The position numbers and the translations under genes are program-made. From Patescibacteria group bacterium (lineage in GTDB: Bacteria > Patescibacteriota > Minisyncoccia > Phycocordibacterales > WO2-35-19), in NCBI GenBank assembly GCA_038065655.1, contig JBBTQO010000001.1, forward strand, positions 2,517 through 66,516: a stretch of DNA of 64,000 nt, written 5' to 3'. Below, piece after piece: positions 25,450 to 35,358 of this stretch. The number at the start of each line of letters is the position of its first letter. Positions within the stretch are counted from its first letter, which is position 1. A model generated the notes under the pieces. That model worked only from the letters and a program-made list of their open reading frames with translations. It ran no database searches and was not told where the DNA came from.

Positions 25450-26886
25450 TTAATCCCTTACTTTTATGTGTAATTCACGGAGTTGTTTTTCGGAAATTTC
25501 AGACGGAGAATTCATCATAAAATCTTTACCTTCACCAGTTTTAGGAAAAGCAATCACCTCGCGAATGTTGGGCTCATTTTGGAGGAGCATCACAAGCCTA
25601 TCAAGCCCCCAAGCAATACCACCGTGTGGCGGGGTGCCAAGACGGAAAGCTTGAAGCATATGGCCAAAATCTGATTCAATTGTTTTAATATCATAACCCA
25701 AAATTTCAAAAACTTTTTGCAAAGCTTCATATTGGTGGTTGCGGATACTGCCGCCCCCTATTTCATAACCATTCAAAACAATGTCATATTGAGAAGTTAT
25801 AATATTGCCAATATTTTCTTTTTTGATTAACCATTCCATATGTTCTGGAATTGGTCGGGAAAATGGATTGTGAGTGAAAGTCCAATCCCCTTGCATTTGC
25901 TTGTTGTCAGAAGCTTTGGTTTTTTCAAAAAATGGAAAATCAATAACCCAACAAAATGCCAAAAGGTCTGGATCATTTTTGTCTTTACGTAAATCTGGTC
26001 GGTCAGTACCGTATTTTTCTGTGGCTTCTTTATAAGAAATTCTGGGGAATGGTTTTTCTTGGATTTTTTTGTTTGGATACAAATTTTCCACAATGGCGGT
26101 CAGGATTTTTTCGTTGACCTCTATCACGTCTTCTCTTTGGACAAAACTCATCTCCATATCAAGCTGAGTAAATTCGGGCTGTCTATCCCCTCTTGAATCT
26201 TCGTCGCGCAAACATTTGGCAATCTGGAAATACCTTTCAACACCGCCGGTCATAAGAAGTTGTTTGTATTGTTGCGGTGACTGAGGCAAGGCGTAAAACT
26301 TGCCCTTGTAGAGTCGTGAAGGTACGACAAAATCGCGAGCACCTTCGGGAGTTGATTTGGTGAGGAGCGGAGTTTCAACTTCTATAAAATCATTTTTAAC
26401 AAATTCGTCTCGCGTCATTTTTATTATTTCATGGCGCATTCGCATATTTTTTTGAACTCTTTGATTTCTTAAATCCAAATAACGGTATTTTAGTCTGGTG
26501 TCTTCGTTAACACCCATAGTGTCGTCTGATATGTCAAAAGGTAGAGCTTCAGCTTTATTTAGGATTTCAATATTTTTAACTTCCAATTCTATTTCGCCAT
26601 TTAAAACTCCTACTTTAATATTTTTTTCTGGGCGTTTGTTTACTACACCACTTATAGCCAAAACCCATTCGGTGCGTATTTCCCTTGACTCGCCGTAGCC
26701 TTGGCGAAGGAGACTTTGGTTTATTTCATCTATATTGTTAGTAAGCACGACACACTGGACTAATCCGGTCATATCGCGCATATCCATAAAAACCATTTTG
26801 CCTTGGTCGCGTCTGACATTAACCCAACCCTTTATAATGACTTCCTTTCCAATATGTTCTTTTAAATCTCTTATATATGTTCTCAT
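25450..26886 (-). CDS. aspS: Aspartate--tRNA ligase (short form without GAD insert)
   Basis: LPQSPQ, RDEDSRGDRQPEFTQ, PPHGGIAWGLDR. Confidence 0.95.
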   Translation of the reverse strand: MRTYIRDLKEHIGKEVIIKGWVNVRRDQGKMVFMDMRDMTGLVQCVVLTNNIDEINQSLLRQGYGESREIRTEWVLAISGVVNKRPEKNIKVGVLNGEIELEVKNIEILNKAEALPFDISDDTMGVNEDTRLKYRYLDLRNQRVQKNMRMRHEIIKMTRDEFVKNDFIEVETPLLTKSTPEGARDFVVPSRLYKGKFYALPQSPQQYKQLLMTGGVERYFQIAKCLRDEDSRGDRQPEFTQLDMEMSFVQREDVIEVNEKILTAIVENLYPNKKIQEKPFPRISYKEATEKYGTDRPDLRKDKNDPDLLAFCWVIDFPFFEKTKASDNKQMQGDWTFTHNPFSRPIPEHMEWLIKKENIGNIITSQYDIVLNGYEIGGGSIRNHQYEALQKVFEILGYDIKTIESDFGHMLQAFRLGTPPHGGIAWGLDRLVMLLQNEPNIREVIAFPKTGEGKDFMMNSPSEISEKQLRELHIKVRD

Positions 26887-26894
26887 TATATTTT

Positions 26895-27851
26895 TTAAAT
26901 TACTCCGATAGCTTTTTTAACTTGTAACATTTTTTTATCAGCTGTTTCTCTGGCCTTTTCTTTACCATCTGCCAAAACTTTATTTATAAAATTCAAATCT
27001 TTAGCTATCTCGACTCGCCTCTCTCGCATAGGCTCTATAAATTTCTTCAAATCTTCAATCAGTATTTCTTTCAAAATTTTATACTTTCCTTTATTTTCCT
27101 CATAAATTTTTTCTAATTCGTTCTCGTCTCTAACTAATTTGTGAATAGCAAAAACGTTTTCTGGTCGCTCCCCCGCTGAGTCGGTGACGATAGCCATTAC
27201 AAATTTTTCTATCTCTTTATCTTCAGCAAATAAACCCAAATCATTTTCATGGCTCTTGCTCATCTTTTTGCCATCAGAACCGGGTACTATTTCAACATCT
27301 TTTAAAATATAAGGTTCTGGTAATTTAAATGTCTCGCCAAATATTCTGTTAAATTTTAGGGCGGTGTCTCGGGCAAATTCAATGTGTTGTTTTTGATCTT
27401 GGCCGACAGGCACGATATCAGTATCGTAAAGTAAAATATCGGCGGCCATAAGCATTGGGTAAGTAAAAGTGCCAGCGCTGACATATTCTTCGCCACCTTT
27501 GGCCACGGCATCCTTATAAGCGTGCGCTCTTTTCAAATATGGCACGGTAGTGATGGTGTCAAAAATCCAAGCCAGTTCGGTATGTTCCAACACATCTGAT
27601 TGTTTAAAAATCACCGATTTTTTTGGGTCAAGACCAATCGCCAGAAAATCAATAGCCACATCAAGCGATAATTTTCTCATTTCTTCGGCATTTTGCACTA
27701 GATTTAAAGCGTGGTAGTCAACTACACAAAAATAATTTGTACCACCTTCATTTTCATTTTGCAATTTTACAAACTGACGCATTGCGCCAAAATAGTTACC
27801 AATATGTGGCCTACCAGTCGGCTTTATTCCTGAAAATATGGTTTTTTGCAT
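26895..27851 (-). CDS. trpS: Tryptophan--tRNA ligase
   Basis: SGIKPTG..HIGN, VPVGQDQKQH, KMSKS. Confidence 0.95.
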   Translation of the reverse strand: MQKTIFSGIKPTGRPHIGNYFGAMRQFVKLQNENEGGTNYFCVVDYHALNLVQNAEEMRKLSLDVAIDFLAIGLDPKKSVIFKQSDVLEHTELAWIFDTITTVPYLKRAHAYKDAVAKGGEEYVSAGTFTYPMLMAADILLYDTDIVPVGQDQKQHIEFARDTALKFNRIFGETFKLPEPYILKDVEIVPGSDGKKMSKSHENDLGLFAEDKEIEKFVMAIVTDSAGERPENVFAIHKLVRDENELEKIYEENKGKYKILKEILIEDLKKFIEPMRERRVEIAKDLNFINKVLADGKEKARETADKKMLQVKKAIGVI

Positions 27852-27868
27852 AACTTTATAATAGCAAT

Positions 27869-28132
27869 TTATTTCTTTATTTCAAACACCTTGTTTTTAG
27901 AGGAAGTGCCGGAAAGGAGGGTGATATTTGAAGTGGAAATTTTTAAATATTCGGCCAAGAGTTTAATTATGGCTTTGTTGGCCTTGCCAGCGACCGGCGG
28001 TTCTTTAACCCAAACCGTAAACCACTCTTTTTGATCAGAACCATTATTTTCTTTTTCTTGCCATAGTCTTTGTGGTGGTGGAATTACTTTGTTTTCTTTG
28101 GCCTTGACTTTTGCTTTGACAAATATTTTCAT
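27869..28132 (-). CDS. DUF167 (YggU/UPF0235) protein
   Basis: VKEPPVAGKAN...GTSSKNK; start MKIFV at 28132. Confidence 0.85.
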   Translation of the reverse strand: MKIFVKAKVKAKENKVIPPPQRLWQEKENNGSDQKEWFTVWVKEPPVAGKANKAIIKLLAEYLKISTSNITLLSGTSSKNKVFEIKK

Positions 28133-28139
28133 ACATATT

Positions 28140-29036
28140 TTATTTTGCTTGCCAGAGAGCGAAAATAGAGAGAGGCAGTAATTTTTCTGAACCCTCTTGC
28201 TTAATGGCGAGCTCACCGGACTCTATTGTGCCCCCTAAACCGTTAGTCATATCAGAAAGTAAATTAGCAACGGATATAGAGGAAAACTCAGTGGAATACA
28301 TATTGAAAATTACAAACAAAGGTTTATCGCTCAAAATTTCTCGGCAAGCAGAAATTAATTCTGGTAGCCCCTCTTCTATTTTCCAAACTTCGCCTTTTGG
28401 TCCTTTACCATAACTTGGCGGGTCCATTATTATGGCGTCATACTTTTTATCTTGCTTCGTTTCTTTTTTTATAAATTTAATTACATCGTCAACAATCCAT
28501 CTAATGGGCGCATTTTCTAATCCTGAAAGTTTTTGATTTTCTCTCGCCCAATTAACACTCTGTTTTGATGCATCTACATGTGTGACTTTTGCTCCCATCT
28601 TCGCACAAACTAAACTCGCAATGCCCGTATAGCCGAACAGATTTAAGACACTTAAACTGTTCGGAATTTTCAATTTAGAATTTTCAATTTTCAATTTTTC
28701 AGAAATCCATCGCCATTGTGAGAACTGCTCTGGGAAAATGCCGATATGTTTTGAAGTATTTTTGTATTTAATTTTGGCTTTTATCCAATCAAAAATTTCT
28801 ATTACCGTTTCTAATGAGTCATTTTTTATTTTTGAACTAGATGCTAGATACTGACTACTAGCTACTGCTTTCTCCCATTCTTCTTTTGAAAGTTCTGGTT
28901 TCCACCAAGCTCTTGGCTCACTTCTCACTATTTTAGTTCCATTGATTTCTTCCAGTTTCTTTTTATTCCCTGAATCCAGCAATTTATAACCGCCCATCTC
29001 TCCCACCCATATTTTTATGGTTTTTTTATTTTCCAT
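28140..29036 (-). CDS. Class I SAM-dependent methyltransferase (RlmI/K-like)
   Basis: VLNLFGYTG, VDAS, MDPPSYG. Confidence 0.88.
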   Translation of the reverse strand: MENKKTIKIWVGEMGGYKLLDSGNKKKLEEINGTKIVRSEPRAWWKPELSKEEWEKAVASSQYLASSSKIKNDSLETVIEIFDWIKAKIKYKNTSKHIGIFPEQFSQWRWISEKLKIENSKLKIPNSLSVLNLFGYTGIASLVCAKMGAKVTHVDASKQSVNWARENQKLSGLENAPIRWIVDDVIKFIKKETKQDKKYDAIIMDPPSYGKGPKGEVWKIEEGLPELISACREILSDKPLFVIFNMYSTEFSSISVANLLSDMTNGLGGTIESGELAIKQEGSEKLLPLSIFALWQAK

Positions 29037-29081
29037 ACTTAAAAGATAGCAAAAATTCTCTCACCTGTCTCTAGACATCTT

Positions 29082-29132
29082 TATTAGACGCTGAGCGTTT
29101 CGTATAGTTTTTTTGAGAAAATGTTGTGTAAT
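29082..29132. repeat. 51-bp dispersed intergenic repeat, copy 2
   Basis: 45/51 identical to 10261-10311. Confidence 0.8.
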
Positions 29133-29140
29133 TTTAATAA

Positions 29141-30805
29141 TTACAAAAACAAGCGGACGAGGCGAAGATCGTCGTAGGAGTATTTTGGACCCAAGAGTTC
29201 TTTGACTGAGACCAGTTTATATCTTTCGCCTTCACTGACGCCGACTTTGTGAAAAGCGCTCCAAATTTCCTTGAATTTATTTTTAGTAATATCATCTCGC
29301 AAGTTGTAAATATTGTATTCCGGGTTGGCTTCTTTTATTTGTTCTATATGATATAAAATAGTACCAAGTTTCAATCCCCTTTTTTGAGCGATATCTTTTG
29401 TATTTAATCCCTCATCTAGCATTTTTCGAGTTTCGCCCACGGTGTCTAATTTCTTCTCTTTTATTTTTGTGCCTCTTATTTTATCAGCGAACTCACGGTG
29501 CATTTTTGAAAGCTTCTCATCACCCATTGTTCTAATGTGAAAAGAATTGGTCTTGGAAAAATCTCTAAATTTATTATCAAATTCTAATACTTCTTCATTG
29601 ACTCGAAGAGCCATATCGTTGATACCCTTTAGGAAAAGTCCTTCCAGCGAACGGACGCGTGAGAGGGCGACGTAGCCCATACCCTTTTCAAAAGAATTGG
29701 ATAAGTCAACCAAGGCGGTATCAAGAGACATTCCTTGGCTTTTATGGACAGTAATGGCCCATGCTAGCCGCAGGGGGTACTGATTTATCTCGGCTTTGCT
29801 TTTGCCTTCTTCTTCAATACGCCATGTTTCTCTTTCTACATCAATAACATTGCCTGAAAGGGTTTTGACTCTTATTTCTTCAAAGCCGCATTTGATAATA
29901 GTGCCCAAAGTGCCATTAACATAATCGGCCTCAAAATTATTTTTGACAAACATTACTTTGGCTCCCACCTTTAATCGGAGTGTCTCTGGTGCTAAGCAAC
30001 TTTTTTTCAAGGATTCTACTAAATGGCGCTTACCCCTTTCTTGCATTTCATATTCAGAAATTTTGCCTGGGATTTTTATTAACTCTGCTTCATTTTCCGC
30101 GTCAACATCCCTGTTGTGAGAATAAAGTTTAGTTGATTCAAACTCAGCCTTTTTATTAAACCGACTTCTTAAAATATCTACAATTTTATCTGAGACTGAA
30201 TTTTCTCTAATGGCATTTAATATTTTCAAATACTCCATATCACTTTGACGATGCTGTTCGGAAAGATAGCAAACTTTTAAATTAAGGTCCTTCCAAGCTT
30301 TTGAATGATAGGCAAAAAATACCTCTGGCTCTTGAGCCCTTCTAATTGGTGGTAGTTGGAAAAAATCACCACAAAAAACAACTTGTATGCCTCCAAACGG
30401 GTCAGTTGAATTTTTAACTTCTTTTATTATTTTTTCTATCAAATCAAGCCGAAAATGATGGAGCATCGATATTTCGTCGATGATGAGGACGGAGGCGTTT
30501 TTTATTTTACTTCTTATATGCTTTTTTTCGGCGATTTCGGCTATATCGCTTTTACTCAAGCTGTCTTTGATGCCAATTCCGCTCCAAGAGTGGATGGTTA
30601 CGCCACCCATATGAGTGGCTGCAATGCCTGTGGAAGCCGTAATTCCCGCATCAGCACCTAGTTCTTTTAAATACTCTATATATTGCCTTAAAACATAGGT
30701 TTTGCCACTACCGGCGGCGCCAGTCAAAAATACATTTCGGCCGGTTTTTAAAATGTCCAAAGCTTCTTTTTGAGTCATAGCTGGCATTTTAGCAGACTTT
30801 TTCAC
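29141..30805 (-). CDS. PIF1-family DNA helicase with C-terminal HTH
   Basis: GAAGSGKT, IIDEISM, GDFFQLPP, AWAITVHKSQG, YVALSR. Confidence 0.92.
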   Translation of the reverse strand: MKKSAKMPAMTQKEALDILKTGRNVFLTGAAGSGKTYVLRQYIEYLKELGADAGITASTGIAATHMGGVTIHSWSGIGIKDSLSKSDIAEIAEKKHIRSKIKNASVLIIDEISMLHHFRLDLIEKIIKEVKNSTDPFGGIQVVFCGDFFQLPPIRRAQEPEVFFAYHSKAWKDLNLKVCYLSEQHRQSDMEYLKILNAIRENSVSDKIVDILRSRFNKKAEFESTKLYSHNRDVDAENEAELIKIPGKISEYEMQERGKRHLVESLKKSCLAPETLRLKVGAKVMFVKNNFEADYVNGTLGTIIKCGFEEIRVKTLSGNVIDVERETWRIEEEGKSKAEINQYPLRLAWAITVHKSQGMSLDTALVDLSNSFEKGMGYVALSRVRSLEGLFLKGINDMALRVNEEVLEFDNKFRDFSKTNSFHIRTMGDEKLSKMHREFADKIRGTKIKEKKLDTVGETRKMLDEGLNTKDIAQKRGLKLGTILYHIEQIKEANPEYNIYNLRDDITKNKFKEIWSAFHKVGVSEGERYKLVSVKELLGPKYSYDDLRLVRLFL

Positions 30806-30859
30806 TTCTCTTTTTAATAGATGGGAGTATGCTGTTGATATTGGTGAGTATAAAAATGA

Positions 30860-30887
30860 GGGCCGTCACGACAAGTCGCGACGGCCC
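30860..30887 (-). terminator. GC-rich hairpin downstream of the 30896-31213 ORF
   Basis: gggccgtcacgac-aa-gtcgcgacggccc. Confidence 0.55.
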
Positions 30888-30895
30888 TAAAATCA

Positions 30896-31213
30896 TTACG
30901 GAATGAACTGGCATTTCCTTCTTGGGAAAAAGAGATATCTCTCCGAGGGAAATTCTCTCAAAAAATCAGCTGCCCGTTTCTTCCCCGCTTTTTCTAGGGC
31001 TTGGGCGACTGCTTCTTTAAGGACCATGTAATCTTCTGTGGCCAAAGAAGAAACAAAGGCATGAGTGATTGGCGGGTTTTTCCTGAAGTCTTCTGCTGTT
31101 GGCAGTGAGACTTCAATCCCCTTCCAATCGTCTCTCAGTTCGGTGGGAGTTGCGGCTCCCGTTGGCGCTTCAAAAATTTTGATTCTTTCCATCAGCTTTG
31201 TGTTCCTTTCCAA
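30896..31213 (-). CDS. Hypothetical protein
   Basis: 105 aa ORF with upstream TTGACA and downstream hairpin. Confidence 0.55.
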   Translation of the reverse strand: MERNTKLMERIKIFEAPTGAATPTELRDDWKGIEVSLPTAEDFRKNPPITHAFVSSLATEDYMVLKEAVAQALEKAGKKRAADFLREFPSERYLFFPRRKCQFIP

Positions 31214-31255
31214 AAAAATATTAACATTATGATGCTTTTTGTCAAATGTTATTGT

Positions 31256-32758
31256 TTATAAAGGTAATTCGATAGTGAAAGTACTGCCCTTACCTACTCC
31301 GTCAGAGGAAACTTTAATGTCGCCCCCATGAGCTTCGGTCATCTTTTTTGCTATATAAAGTCCTAGGCCCGTGCCAATAACATTAACTTTGTTTGCATCT
31401 TTAGCTCGGGAGAATTTATTAAACAACTTATCTATTTCGCTCGGGTCAATACCAACGCCACTGTCTTTGACTGAAATTTTGACTTTATTTTCATCTTTAT
31501 AAACTGAAACAAATATATTACCTTTTGGTGTGTATTTCATTGCATTGTCTATGATATTGCTCACCACTTGCTTTATCTTACTTCGGTCGGCCTTGATTTT
31601 GATTTCTTCGGTTGGTATATCGGTACCAAAAGAAAGGCCGGTTTTATCTATGTTTGGTTTTATTTCGGTTATCACTTCTTTTACTAATTCATTCACATCA
31701 AAAACACTTTTTTCATAAACCATCCTTCCCTGCTCAATTCTTGAAATATTTAAAAAGTCGCCAACAATATTTATCAAATTTTGGCAGGATTTCATTATGG
31801 TATCTACCGAGTCTTTGGCCTTTTGAGGCAAGATTCCAAAGTCACCATCTAGAAGCATAGAAGAATAACCCTTGATGGCAGTGAGTGGTGCTCTAATCTG
31901 ATGGGTCGCTAACGACAAAAATTCCGATTTCAACTGGTCCAACTCCTTCAACTTCTCATTGGCCTCCCCCAACTCCCCCGCCAACTTTTCTAAGGATCCA
32001 GCATATTTTCTCCAAATATAGATAATAACTATTGTAAGGATTGTAATTATTAATGTTAGGATTACAATAAATATCAAGAATGGTTGCAGCGTCTGTCTTG
32101 TTATTGTAAAAAAATCATCAGCTTTAATATCTGTCGCTAAAATTGCAACCACATTCCCATATCTATCTTTTATCGGAGCATAACCAGTAATGACTGTACC
32201 GTATGCGTCTGTGTATAAATCTTTATTTGTTAGAGGACCATTATAAGCTTCCCAAGCTTCCGGAATGTCAATTGCTTCGGGATAGTCTTGCCCAGGCCAT
32301 TGAAGCTTATCTGGTCCGTCTGGCTCTATTTTACCGTCACGATTTACATCGATATATTTTGATGAGTTATCACTTGTGTTAGCGTATGGATCAACAGAAT
32401 CGGCATCGGCCACAAACTCCATTCTTGTCGGATCATCTTTTTTCTTTCGGAAAATATACATAAAGACAATATCTTTGTTGCTGTACTTAGCTTTATGCAA
32501 CTTACTTGTCACATGTGTCCATTCTGGTTTTTTCCAATCCTCTTCTGTTTGGAGTGCATCAAGATCTTCCGAATCGATGTTGGTTGCTGCTGTAATGGAT
32601 ATTGTTAAAATACGTTCCCTAAGATTTTCTGTTAAAAGAGTAACTGTGCGTTCATAAAGTATTCTGGATGCAAAAATAAAGATGATGATTAAAATAGATA
32701 TGATCACAATACCAGTCCAAATCGGATTTCTTACTTTTTTGGTTATTATGTTAAGCAT
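31256..32758 (-). CDS. Membrane sensor histidine kinase (orphan)
   Basis: 2 TM, ATHQIRAPL H-box, DNAMKYT, DSGVG, GTGLGL; start ATG 32758. Confidence 0.92.
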   Translation of the reverse strand: MLNIITKKVRNPIWTGIVIISILIIIFIFASRILYERTVTLLTENLRERILTISITAATNIDSEDLDALQTEEDWKKPEWTHVTSKLHKAKYSNKDIVFMYIFRKKKDDPTRMEFVADADSVDPYANTSDNSSKYIDVNRDGKIEPDGPDKLQWPGQDYPEAIDIPEAWEAYNGPLTNKDLYTDAYGTVITGYAPIKDRYGNVVAILATDIKADDFFTITRQTLQPFLIFIVILTLIITILTIVIIYIWRKYAGSLEKLAGELGEANEKLKELDQLKSEFLSLATHQIRAPLTAIKGYSSMLLDGDFGILPQKAKDSVDTIMKSCQNLINIVGDFLNISRIEQGRMVYEKSVFDVNELVKEVITEIKPNIDKTGLSFGTDIPTEEIKIKADRSKIKQVVSNIIDNAMKYTPKGNIFVSVYKDENKVKISVKDSGVGIDPSEIDKLFNKFSRAKDANKVNVIGTGLGLYIAKKMTEAHGGDIKVSSDGVGKGSTFTIELPL

Positions 32759-32769
32759 AATAATTAATA

Positions 32770-34632
32770 TTATACATCTAAAAGTGTATCTACTTCCTTT
32801 TTTTCCACATCCCACAGGAATGGCGCAAGCCGAGGACCGAATCTTTTCCCTAATAACAACTGATACACATGTCGGAAAAAGTGGTGTTGGCGTAACATAT
32901 TATGTGTCTTGGTGGCATGTGGTTCTTTTGGTATGGTGTAGAGCAAAGAGCAAAATTTATCTAAAGAAATAGTAGATCTGCGATTAAGCAATATTCTTAG
33001 GGCACTAATTAATTTAATATCATCCGGTTTTAATGCGACGATATGTTCCTTATTCTTTTCTTTCAGAAGCTTATAAGTGTTACATTCTTCAATTTTTATG
33101 TAACGCGGACTGGTTCTTTTGGTTAGTCCCAAATCTAAATACATTGTTCCATTTATCCCGGTGAACAGATTTCGCTCATCAGATTTAAATGGTCTTAACC
33201 TTAATAATTTTTCCACATCTTTTTTTTGTATTTTTGTGAATTGTTGTAATTGCGATTTTTCTGTTTTGATTGATTTTTTCTGAAGGATAGGTTTAGCAAT
33301 CCATTCATATATATCGCGTTGTGGTAATGTTGGCATTGTAATTATCTTCCCATTAATACTAATATTGGAAGCCCCATAACCATATCCTCCGTATGGTTGT
33401 GTTCCTCGTTCTACGCCGGGTGCATGCAAGTGTGTGTTGCGAAGTAAGGAAAATTTATTATGAAGTATTTTCTCCTTATTAGATTGTATCAATCTAATAA
33501 TGTATTTGCTTGTTCCGTATAAAGTGACGTACATTGCATTATGTATATAATGGGGGTCTTCAAAATAATATTTGAGTTCAGGATCGTTTGTGTACTCTTG
33601 AATAAAAATGATCGGAGCGAATATCTCATTGAAATTACCCCCCTTTATTAGTGGTTTGCAGATAATAGTAGGTTCGACGATGGCATCATGCGTACGAATA
33701 ATTCCTGGAGTGAAAGGATCAATCCATCCACCATTTTCAACAAGAAAATTTTGTATCCTAACAAGATCCTTGGGGTCGCTGATTGGACCGATCCGACACG
33801 ACCTATCTTTGTAATGACCAACTCTAACATGATTTATTTTGTCGCGTAGTATTTGTAAAAAATTTTGCAAGACAGCTTTATGGACAAGAATAGCATTTGG
33901 TGCTGCACAATCTTGCCCTTGATTATAGAATTGGAGAGTAATAACTGCTTCAACTGCTTCAGAAATATTGGCATCTTTGCTTACCACTACCGGATTGTGA
34001 CCAGCTCCGTTTGTAATAAATAGGGTGCGTCTATCAAATACTAGACGCAACTGGTCAGAGTGAGCGGGAATGCCTGTAAAAATAACGATGTCAGTGACCG
34101 GTCTATTTTCTTTGGTTTTTGGATTTATACGAAGAGCGGACCTATCTTTTAAAAATTCGATTCTAGTTTTAGGAGAAACAACAATATTTGGAAATGATTT
34201 AGAAATATCTAAAAGAGCGAGGACCCCTGAGAAAAAATAGCGCATACTATTAGGAATACGAAAATGCACCTCGCTTGCCATCAGTGCTGGCACGACGACA
34301 AAACATGCGAAAGCATACAAGGGCTGATTTCTGGGCAGAAATGAAGTAACTGCACCAACGCGTAAACGAAAATATTTCTTATTTTCTTTAAGGTTTCTCA
34401 AAAGATCTAGTGTCCGAGCTACTTCATCTTGAACCACTTCGTAACTTTCGTATTTTAATAAAATGTCGGTTAGATCTTTCAAACGATCTTCAATAATATC
34501 TGCCAAGTTTTTGGCTTGCTGATCAATTTCGGAAAAATTGAGAGTCGTATACGGTATATATTCCGTATCTAAGACTGGGTATTTTACGACAGAGCGTCTA
34601 TTTAGTGGCATTGGTGTCTTATAGGTTCTCAT
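32770..34632 (-). CDS. Aldehyde dehydrogenase-fold protein with C-terminal extension
   Basis: FTG, NGAGHNP, NQGQDCAAP (catalytic Cys), EIFAP, PYGGYG. Confidence 0.75.
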   Translation of the reverse strand: MRTYKTPMPLNRRSVVKYPVLDTEYIPYTTLNFSEIDQQAKNLADIIEDRLKDLTDILLKYESYEVVQDEVARTLDLLRNLKENKKYFRLRVGAVTSFLPRNQPLYAFACFVVVPALMASEVHFRIPNSMRYFFSGVLALLDISKSFPNIVVSPKTRIEFLKDRSALRINPKTKENRPVTDIVIFTGIPAHSDQLRLVFDRRTLFITNGAGHNPVVVSKDANISEAVEAVITLQFYNQGQDCAAPNAILVHKAVLQNFLQILRDKINHVRVGHYKDRSCRIGPISDPKDLVRIQNFLVENGGWIDPFTPGIIRTHDAIVEPTIICKPLIKGGNFNEIFAPIIFIQEYTNDPELKYYFEDPHYIHNAMYVTLYGTSKYIIRLIQSNKEKILHNKFSLLRNTHLHAPGVERGTQPYGGYGYGASNISINGKIITMPTLPQRDIYEWIAKPILQKKSIKTEKSQLQQFTKIQKKDVEKLLRLRPFKSDERNLFTGINGTMYLDLGLTKRTSPRYIKIEECNTYKLLKEKNKEHIVALKPDDIKLISALRILLNRRSTISLDKFCSLLYTIPKEPHATKTHNMLRQHHFFRHVYQLLLGKRFGPRLAPFLWDVEKKEVDTLLDV

Positions 34633-34653
34633 GTCTTATAGATGTACCCAATC

Positions 34654-35010
34654 TTACTTATGAAATTGCATCAGAACAATTCCTAAAAGTGCGAGGGTCA
34701 TCCCAAAATACTGATATAGAGAAACATTACTCCATTCATGAAATAAGAAAAGCCCAACAAGAATAGTACTTATGGTTAGTAATGAATCTACGGTTGCGGA
34801 ACTCACAGCCAAACCTAGTTTTGTCGTTGCCAATCCAAAGGTAATGAAAACAAATGGAGAAATAATAACAACTAACAAAAGCCATATTGTGAGCTTATTT
34901 TCCTTACTGGCCCAAATTGCACTTATGGAATTTGCTGCAAGGGCAATAAGAACAGCACTAATAACATAAAACCAAATTTGAAATTTACCCATTATAATAA
35001 TCTTATACAA
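34654..35010 (-). CDS. Small 4-TM DMT/SMR-like transporter
   Basis: Four hydrophobic helices, GLFLFHE..S..Q..G motif. Confidence 0.75.
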   Translation of the reverse strand: MYKIIIMGKFQIWFYVISAVLIALAANSISAIWASKENKLTIWLLLVVIISPFVFITFGLATTKLGLAVSSATVDSLLTISTILVGLFLFHEWSNVSLYQYFGMTLALLGIVLMQFHK

Positions 35011-35021
35011 GACATAATATA

Positions 35022-35246
35022 TTATACTACAAATTTAAACTTTTTATTACTCACCTGCTCTAAAATTTCAATGGTGGCTTGGACGGAAGGATTGTCAGAT
35101 TTTTTTAATAAGAGCCTATCTTCAAATCTATCTAATAGTTTGGACAGAAATTCATCACCCCAAGATGGCAAAAAAGCCGAATAAGCCTCTCTTCCGGTTT
35201 GCCTGAAAATAAGTGTCGTTCTAAATTTTTTTAATTCAATTTTCAT
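35022..35246 (-). pseudogene. DUF4325/STAS-like gene with probable internal deletion
   Basis: RQTGREA and PSWGDEF motifs adjacent, lacking the usual intervening DFxGV strand. Confidence 0.55.
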
Positions 35247-35358
35247 ATATTTAATATTCTAACATCAAATAATACAAAACCATAACAGATTTTATCTAAA
35301 TCTATGCAAGTTCTTTGCAAAATCCTAGTAAATCCAAACATTTTTTAATTATACCAAA

